Origin: an uncultured Eubacteriaceae bacterium
GTDB lineage: Bacteria > Bacillota > Clostridia > Eubacteriales > UBA1433
Direction: 5' to 3'
Assembly (NCBI GenBank): GCA_937880125.1
Contig: CALFLU010000103.1
Coordinates: 1-63,925 of the forward strand
DNA: 63,925 bases
Below are positions 58,449 to 63,925 of this stretch, in pieces (the stretch's first letter is position 1; each line of letters begins with the position of its first letter). Made by a program: the position numbers and the translations under genes. Below the pieces are notes generated by a model. It was given only the letters and a program-made list of their open reading frames with translations. It was not told the DNA's origin and searched no databases.

Positions 58449-59546
58449 TCATCGACTCAGCGCATTTTTCATCAGCGCATCATACATCTCCTGCGTTAAG
58501 TCGCAGTGATAGAACAATTTGTAGTGCCGTTTTGCTTCCTGGTACAAATCATAATCAAATTCTTCGGGATACAACAACTCGCCTAACCAAGTCATACCCA
58601 TATAGCGATTGACCGAGGGCGGAAAACCCAACCAGTTATAGGGTCCAAAGGGCACTTCATAATAATTTCCGCTTTGAATGGCCTTGAGGTTTTTCCAAAC
58701 CGCATCATCCTTTACCGTGGCATAAATACTACCCGGCGCAAAAATGATATAATCCGGATTCCATTGAATAATTTGCTCCATGGACACCTCGTTGCCGTTT
58801 CCTTTGCCGCTCACATTTTCAACCACTGCCATGTTGTTGGTCATCAAGTCAATAACTTCCCCATGAAACGACCCTTTGGCAATGACGTTTTGCCCCGATA
58901 CGCCCAGGCAATACAAAATGTTTACCTTCCCCGCTTCTCCGATTTGTTCCATGGTCTTTTTGGTTCCGGAATATATTTCTTCGCAATAGGCAGACAGTGT
59001 TTTTGCTTCTTTTTTCATGCCCAACAACTCACCCAATTTTTCATAAGCAGCCGGCATTGTCTCTGTTGTGGCCTCAATAAAAATGGTCGGAATCCCCACC
59101 TGATCCATAATCTTATCCATATCTTCCACAGTCGTCGCCTTTTTTTCACCGATATCAATAATCACCTGCGGATTTGCCGCCGCCAATACCTCCAGATTCA
59201 AATCCCCCGTGGCATAAAACTGTCCGAGTACAGGAAGATCCAGATATTTTTGGTCTATGTAGAGCTCCGCATCATTCGTCCATTTTCCTGTCAAGCCTAC
59301 GAGCTTATCAGGCGCCAACGAAAAAAGCACAATCTGTGACAGTGCCCCTGAGGGCGCTATGCGTTCGATGTTTTGTGGCAAATTTACGGTTCTGCCTGCC
59401 GAGTCCACGAATGCTATCGTTTTTTCACCCGATGGATCTGTCTTTGCCTGGCAAGCGCCAAGTGGCAGCACCATTGCCACCATCAAAACAATCGTTAGAA
59501 CTATTAACCCTATCTTTTTTTTCATTCTCCTGTTCTCCTTCTTCAT
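58449..59546 (-). CDS. ABC transporter substrate-binding lipoprotein, periplasmic-binding-protein type 2 (FecB/BtuF/siderophore-like)
   Basis: 365-aa ORF with a signal peptide and lipobox LPLGAC. The pattern RIAPSG...VLAANPQVIID...WNPDYIIF is typical of chelate-type SBPs. An alternative start is at 59525. Confidence 0.8.
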   Translation of the reverse strand: MKKENRRMKKKIGLIVLTIVLMVAMVLPLGACQAKTDPSGEKTIAFVDSAGRTVNLPQNIERIAPSGALSQIVLFSLAPDKLVGLTGKWTNDAELYIDQKYLDLPVLGQFYATGDLNLEVLAAANPQVIIDIGEKKATTVEDMDKIMDQVGIPTIFIEATTETMPAAYEKLGELLGMKKEAKTLSAYCEEIYSGTKKTMEQIGEAGKVNILYCLGVSGQNVIAKGSFHGEVIDLMTNNMAVVENVSGKGNGNEVSMEQIIQWNPDYIIFAPGSIYATVKDDAVWKNLKAIQSGNYYEVPFGPYNWLGFPPSVNRYMGMTWLGELLYPEEFDYDLYQEAKRHYKLFYHCDLTQEMYDALMKNALSR

Positions 59547-59548
59547 GA

Positions 59549-60328
59549 TTATTTTTCACCTCTCTTGGGTATACAAATCTGTGTTTGCCCATCGTGGGCA
59601 CCAACCATTTCCACTTCCGCTTGATACAAACGCCGCATCAATGCTTCGTCAACCACCTCACGCGGTCTGCCGTCTGCAATTTTTTTGCCTTCTTGCAGCG
59701 CAACAACCTTGTCTGCAAACAACAACACCTCATCGATGTGGTGGGTTGTCATAAAAATACAGTATCCTTCTTTCGTCAGTTGTTTTACTTGTTCCAGCAC
59801 GCGAAAGCGATTTCCGAAATCCAAGTTTGCCGTAGCTTCATCCATGATTAATATTTTGGCTTGTTGTGCCAGCGCCCGCGCAATCAACGTCAGCTGTCGC
59901 TCTCCGCCGCTGGTTTGCATAAAGCCCCTGTCTTTCAAATGCAACAGTCCCATTTTTTCCAGTGCTTGCAGAGCAATTTTTCTTTGCTTTTCTTTCGGCG
60001 AAGAAAAATTGGGCAGGCTGGCGATGGTTCCCATAATCGTCATATCCAGTACGCTGGAATTAAACATCGGTGTATGCAGCTGCGGAATGTAGGCCATTTG
60101 TTGCGCAAGCTGTTTTGCTGAAATGTCCTTAATACTTTTGCCGTCTATACATATTTTTCCTTCATAATCCGTGAGCAATCTGAGAATACAGCGCATTAAG
60201 GTGGTTTTGCCCACACCGTTGGGCCCAATCAGGCAAGTAAATTGACCAAACTGCAGTTCAAAAGAAATGTTTTCCAATATTTTTCGTTCACCATACCGAT
60301 AAGACAGTTCCATTACTTCCAGGCTCAA
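59549..60328 (-). CDS. ABC transporter ATP-binding protein (FecE/BtuD-like)
   Basis: The TTG start at 60328 lies 7 nt after GGAGG and overlaps the permease stop (TTGA). Walker A is GPNGVGKTT, the signature is TSGGERQLTLIARAL, and Walker B is ILIMDEAT. The 332-aa ORF extension was rejected. Confidence 0.85.
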   Translation of the reverse strand: MSLEVMELSYRYGERKILENISFELQFGQFTCLIGPNGVGKTTLMRCILRLLTDYEGKICIDGKSIKDISAKQLAQQMAYIPQLHTPMFNSSVLDMTIMGTIASLPNFSSPKEKQRKIALQALEKMGLLHLKDRGFMQTSGGERQLTLIARALAQQAKILIMDEATANLDFGNRFRVLEQVKQLTKEGYCIFMTTHHIDEVLLFADKVVALQEGKKIADGRPREVVDEALMRRLYQAEVEMVGAHDGQTQICIPKRGEK

Positions 60329-61347
60329 TATTGTTCCTCCTTTCTCGTCAACAAATACATAAAGAAAGGAGCGCCGATCACCGCAGTCAATATCCCAATC
60401 GGTATTTCCGTACTCAACGCATTGCGCGAAATGTTGTCCACACAAAGCAAAAACAGTGCACCGGTTACGAGCGAAGCCGGCAGCAGATATTGATAATTGT
60501 TGCCGACCATGCGTCTGCACAAATGGGGAATCACCAACCCCACCCAACCGATTACGCCGCTGACCGATACACTGGCAGCGGTCACAAGGGTTGCACAGAG
60601 TATCACCGTTACGCGCACGGCTTTTGTGTTTACCCCCATGGTTCTCGCTTCTTCTTCGCCCATAGTGAGTGCGTTAATCTGCCAGCGAAGCAAAAACAAC
60701 GGCACAATGCCGATGAGCATAGGCAGCAGCGCAAACTTCAAGTCGTTCAAACTCGTACTTGCCAGGCTGCCCATCAACCAATAGGTAATGGACGGCAGCT
60801 GGTCGGCAGGATCCGCCACCAACTTGAGATAAGACACTCCCGCGGTAAACAGCGAGCTGACCATGATGCCCGAGAGCACCAGGCCCAAAATGCGGTTTCC
60901 TTTTGTCTTGCGACTTACCAAGAAAACAAAAGCGACTGAAATCATGCCTGATACAAAGGCACCCAGCGCAATGGCGCCTCTTTGTGCAAAAAACATAATT
61001 GCAAGAGCCGCGCCAAAAGAAGCCCCCGCAGAGGTGCCCAAAATGTCGGGAGAGGCCATGGGGTTTTGAAAAATACCCTGGTACGACGCCCCGGCAACAG
61101 CCAGCGAAGCCCCTACCAAACAGGCTAGCACAATGCGCGGCAGGCGAACGCGAAACAAAATATCTTCCGCGCTGCTGTCCCAAAACGGCTCAACAGAAAA
61201 AAATTTCGACCCCAAAATTCCTAAAATCTCTTTGATGCGAATCGGGTATCTGCCCAATCCGAGCGAGACAATAAAAGCTGCAACCAACACCGCAAGCAAT
61301 AGGAAGATGAGAAATACTTTGCGATTTTCTTTTAGTTTTCGAGTCAT
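60325..61347 (-). CDS. ABC transporter permease, FecCD/BtuC family
   Basis: A polytopic ORF with about 9-10 TM segments. RLPRIVLACLVGASLAVAGASYQGIFQNPMASPDILG is the FecCD signature region. The ATG at 61347 follows GAGGA; the extension to 61425 was rejected. Confidence 0.85.
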   Translation of the reverse strand: MTRKLKENRKVFLIFLLLAVLVAAFIVSLGLGRYPIRIKEILGILGSKFFSVEPFWDSSAEDILFRVRLPRIVLACLVGASLAVAGASYQGIFQNPMASPDILGTSAGASFGAALAIMFFAQRGAIALGAFVSGMISVAFVFLVSRKTKGNRILGLVLSGIMVSSLFTAGVSYLKLVADPADQLPSITYWLMGSLASTSLNDLKFALLPMLIGIVPLFLLRWQINALTMGEEEARTMGVNTKAVRVTVILCATLVTAASVSVSGVIGWVGLVIPHLCRRMVGNNYQYLLPASLVTGALFLLCVDNISRNALSTEIPIGILTAVIGAPFFMYLLTRKEEQY

Positions 61348-61510
61348 ACATTCCTCGTCAATCTTATTATACTCAAGCGAGAATAATACTCTGTTCATTA
61401 TACAGAAATCGTTTGCACGCGTCAACAGCTTTTTCCTGCTTTTACGGCATGCAATACAATCAAACTGTATGCTATAATGAACGCATACCGATTAAACAAG
61501 GAGCCGTAAA

Positions 61511-62035
61511 ATGACGCATCTGTTCTTGGAAGGAGACAGCCAATCAGGCAAAAGCACCCTCATTGGTCGCTGCCTCGAAAAGCTTGGCATCTGCCCCGGC
61601 GGATTTCAAACGTATTTTTGCAATAGCGACCCCTCCCAGCCCCGCGCTTTGTATATGACTGCGGCAGGGTGTCAAAAAATAAAAAACGACGACAACATCG
61701 TCGCCTTGTTACAACCCTCTCTTCCTCCCCTTGTCTATAACCGCCGATTTGATGCCCTCGGCAAAAAATATATCGAAGACAGCAAGCCATGGGCAAAACT
61801 GCTCGTCATGGACGAGTGCTCTTTTCTGGAAAAAGACGCAACCGTGTTTCAGCAAGCCGTCTTAACTGCACTGGACGAGAACATCCCCATTCTCGGCGTG
61901 TGCCGCCCCGATAAAGCCCCTTGGACAAAGGCCATCGCCGATCATCCCAATGTTCGCATTTTATCCGTCACCCGCCAAAACCGCGAAGAGATGTTTCAAC
62001 GTGCTCTTGCCCATCTGAACGGTTTGATGACATAA
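61511..62035 (+). CDS. P-loop NTPase, THEP1/DUF2478-like
   Basis: 174-aa ORF with Walker A GDSQSGKST, Walker B LLVMDECS and GGFQTYF. TGCTATAAT (61470-61478) and AAGGAG lie upstream. Confidence 0.65.
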   Translation: MTHLFLEGDSQSGKSTLIGRCLEKLGICPGGFQTYFCNSDPSQPRALYMTAAGCQKIKNDDNIVALLQPSLPPLVYNRRFDALGKKYIEDSKPWAKLLVMDECSFLEKDATVFQQAVLTALDENIPILGVCRPDKAPWTKAIADHPNVRILSVTRQNREEMFQRALAHLNGLMT

Positions 62036-62038
62036 CTT

Positions 62039-63277
62039 CTACTCTGTCATTATTTTTCTTTTCGCTGTGTAATACGGTGCATGCCGCCGCCATTTTTCGG
62101 TATGCCAATGAATTTCAATATTGACGCCCCATCCCTTCTGCAAAATCACGTATTCCAACTCTTTTTCGATTACTTCTCTGTCCGCTTTGTCCGTCAGCAC
62201 GATATCGATCGTAACCCGCTTTTCTTGCCGCGCCACGCGATAATCCAACACGCCATCCCGAGTAAAGAGAACAGCGTCTAACGGGCTCATCTCATTTGAC
62301 ACCGCCTCACGCCGCACATTTTGCAATTTTTTCAACGTGCTGCCGCAGGCGCATGCCTGCGCGCTGATTTTTCCCTTATCCCCCGTGCGATAGCGAATCA
62401 GCGGCATCGCCTCATGACAAAGCGTTGTGAGCACGATTTCTCCTTCCTGTCCATCCCGCACCCAATTTCCTTTTTCGTCTGTAATTTCAATCAGCAAGTC
62501 ATTTTCACGAATGTGCATCCCGCTTTTATCGCCGCACTCCACCGCACCGCCCAGCCCGCTTTCGCTTAAACCGTAATGTTCTATCACATGCAGAGAAAAC
62601 CGCTCGTCAAGCTCCTTTTTCAAAAACGGCGGCGCGCTGTCCGCGCTGATGAGCACCGACTTCAGCGGAAGGCTTTTACCGATTTTATCGGCATAACGCA
62701 TCAGTGACAGCATTTTAAAAGGCATGGCAACAGCGCAGTTTATTTTTTTCTCTTCCACCAAACAAGCCAGAGCATCAAAGGTTTCATCCAAAGAGCACGA
62801 AAAGACCGCAACGTTTATGCGCTCCAACGCCCGTGCAATCAATGCACCCACGCTGTGCTCAGCATTTGCAGGCATCCACACCAGACATCTGTCACCTTCA
62901 GTTGCAATTTCTCTCAGCCCGCAGGCAAAAAAGTCCACGGTTTTTTCAATATCCTCTTCCGAAAAAAACAATCGCTTTGCCTGCCCCGTGGTGGCCGACG
63001 AATACATTGTAATCACTTTTTCAACCCGACTTTGCGATAAAAGCAGCATTTGCCGGTGGTTTGCCGTCAGTTGCCTTTCGCTCAAAAGCGCAACGGCCTG
63101 CATATCCGCAAGAGAATCCATACCTCCAGGCAGATAGCTATAATACGCGCTCTTTTCCTTGACTCTTGCAAACAATGCGTTGATTTTTTTTAGCTGCATT
63201 TCCTCAATGCTCGCTCTGTTCAACTCCGCGATTTCTTCCTTTTGTTGAATCCAATTGTCTAACACAGAGCGTCTCAT
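62039..63277 (-). CDS. PaaK / coenzyme-F390-synthetase-like adenylate-forming enzyme
   Basis: 412-aa ORF with ANL-superfamily motifs YSSATTGQAKRLFFS, EHYGLSESG and IRYRTGD, at about the size of PaaK-type ligases. Its ATG overlaps the upstream radical-SAM stop (ATGA). Confidence 0.7.
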   Translation of the reverse strand: MRRSVLDNWIQQKEEIAELNRASIEEMQLKKINALFARVKEKSAYYSYLPGGMDSLADMQAVALLSERQLTANHRQMLLLSQSRVEKVITMYSSATTGQAKRLFFSEEDIEKTVDFFACGLREIATEGDRCLVWMPANAEHSVGALIARALERINVAVFSCSLDETFDALACLVEEKKINCAVAMPFKMLSLMRYADKIGKSLPLKSVLISADSAPPFLKKELDERFSLHVIEHYGLSESGLGGAVECGDKSGMHIRENDLLIEITDEKGNWVRDGQEGEIVLTTLCHEAMPLIRYRTGDKGKISAQACACGSTLKKLQNVRREAVSNEMSPLDAVLFTRDGVLDYRVARQEKRVTIDIVLTDKADREVIEKELEYVILQKGWGVNIEIHWHTEKWRRHAPYYTAKRKIMTE

Positions 63278-63925
63278 TTTGCCGCCCCGCTGTTTCGATA
63301 CAGCGCTTTGCCGTTAAGTGCCGTCAAATTATACGCGCAGAAAGGAATGATTTTCTCCCCTGATGCCACACCCACCTTGCACTGTCTCAGTCGGTTTAAA
63401 TCCAGCGAATAGACATCTTGAAAAAACATCGCCGATATCATGAGTTTGTGCGTACTGCTGCGCTTTAAAAATGCATCTAAGGAGGCAAAGGCCTCGCTGT
63501 CATCGTCCTCTTTGCCTTGGTTCTCTTCGCTTGCCGACCACTGTTTTGCCACATATTTTCGCGATTTTTCAATGGTGGCATCACAGCAATTCCCTTTTTC
63601 TTTTTCCGCGGAGACGACCGTACCGTTTTCCATGATTACCACCGAGGCAAGCAGGGAGCAATAGGCGCTTTCCGCACCGCCCCCGGCAAAATATTCTTGC
63701 CTGATAAGCCCCCCTGTCTGTTTTTCTATTTCTCGCATAAGAAAGGGCAGTGTCAGCGGCCTGTCTGTCAAATTTTTCGGATAACGCCCAAAAAGACTCA
63801 CGGGCTGAAAGTGCACGCCCCTCACCGCAGGCATATGCTTTATCGCATAGTCGATAATATCGCCGATTTGATGATGGTTCACCCCGTAGACCAGCGTGGG
63901 CACCAGCACCACGCCCAGCCCGGCC
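63274..63925 (-). CDS. C-terminal part of a radical-SAM-type enzyme (N-terminus beyond the window)
   Basis: The reading frame is open to the window edge. GVNHHQIGDIIDYAIKHMPAVRGVHFQPVSLFGRYP and terminal ISAMFFQDVYSLDLNRLRQCKV...IPFCAYN resemble the C-terminal halves of Tes/MJ0619-type radical SAM proteins as I remember them. The CxxxCxxC cluster itself is not in the window. Confidence 0.5.
   Translation of the reverse strand, partial: AGLGVVLVPTLVYGVNHHQIGDIIDYAIKHMPAVRGVHFQPVSLFGRYPKNLTDRPLTLPFLMREIEKQTGGLIRQEYFAGGGAESAYCSLLASVVIMENGTVVSAEKEKGNCCDATIEKSRKYVAKQWSASEENQGKEDDDSEAFASLDAFLKRSSTHKLMISAMFFQDVYSLDLNRLRQCKVGVASGEKIIPFCAYNLTALNGKALYRNSGAAK

Noticed and set aside
59549-61425. N-terminal extensions of the ABC ATPase (332-aa ORF) and permease (366-aa ORF)
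   Set aside because: The extensions overlap the preceding gene or the promoter region and lack SDs. Internal starts with good SDs (TTG 60328, ATG 61347) give canonical protein N-termini.

Overview
Chromosomal window from a low-to-moderate GC Firmicute, probably class Clostridia. That guess rests on NfnAB, a KOW-domain gene between map and infA, and ecfA1-ecfA2-ecfT-truA after rplQ. Most of the window is housekeeping. On the minus strand there is a complete S10-spc-alpha ribosomal cluster, rpsJ through rplQ (42.4-57.8 kb), followed by ecfA1A2T-truA-rplM-rpsI. A separate rpmG-secE-nusG-rplKAJL cluster sits at 27.8-31.1 kb. Other core genes are tig-clpP-clpX, folC, ppx-ppk, nfnAB, two tRNAs (Gly-GCC partial, Leu-UAG), an OmpR/HK two-component system, and two tandem IlvD-family dehydratase paralogs. 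I found no rRNA, CRISPR array, transposase, integrase or prophage genes. Four regions look non-routine. (1) The right-hand end (58.1-63.9 kb) holds a ModE-type HTH without molybdate-binding domains at the end of a chelate-type (FecBCD-like) ABC importer operon. Next to it are a THEP1/DUF2478-like P-loop NTPase, a PaaK/F390-synthetase-like adenylating enzyme, and a radical-SAM C-terminal fragment cut by the window edge. I read this as an uncharacterised metal- or cofactor-related system. (2) An AT-rich 2.2-kb mgtE segment is bracketed by a duplicated tRNA-Leu 3' end. (3) The mgtE leader carries a well-initiated 36-codon uORF plus a terminator, rather than a clearly recognisable M-box. (4) Both ribosomal clusters lack their usual neighbours: no rpoBC after rplL, and no rpsL-rpsG-fusA-tuf before rpsJ. 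All calls come from reading the ORF translations and the DNA; no searches were run.
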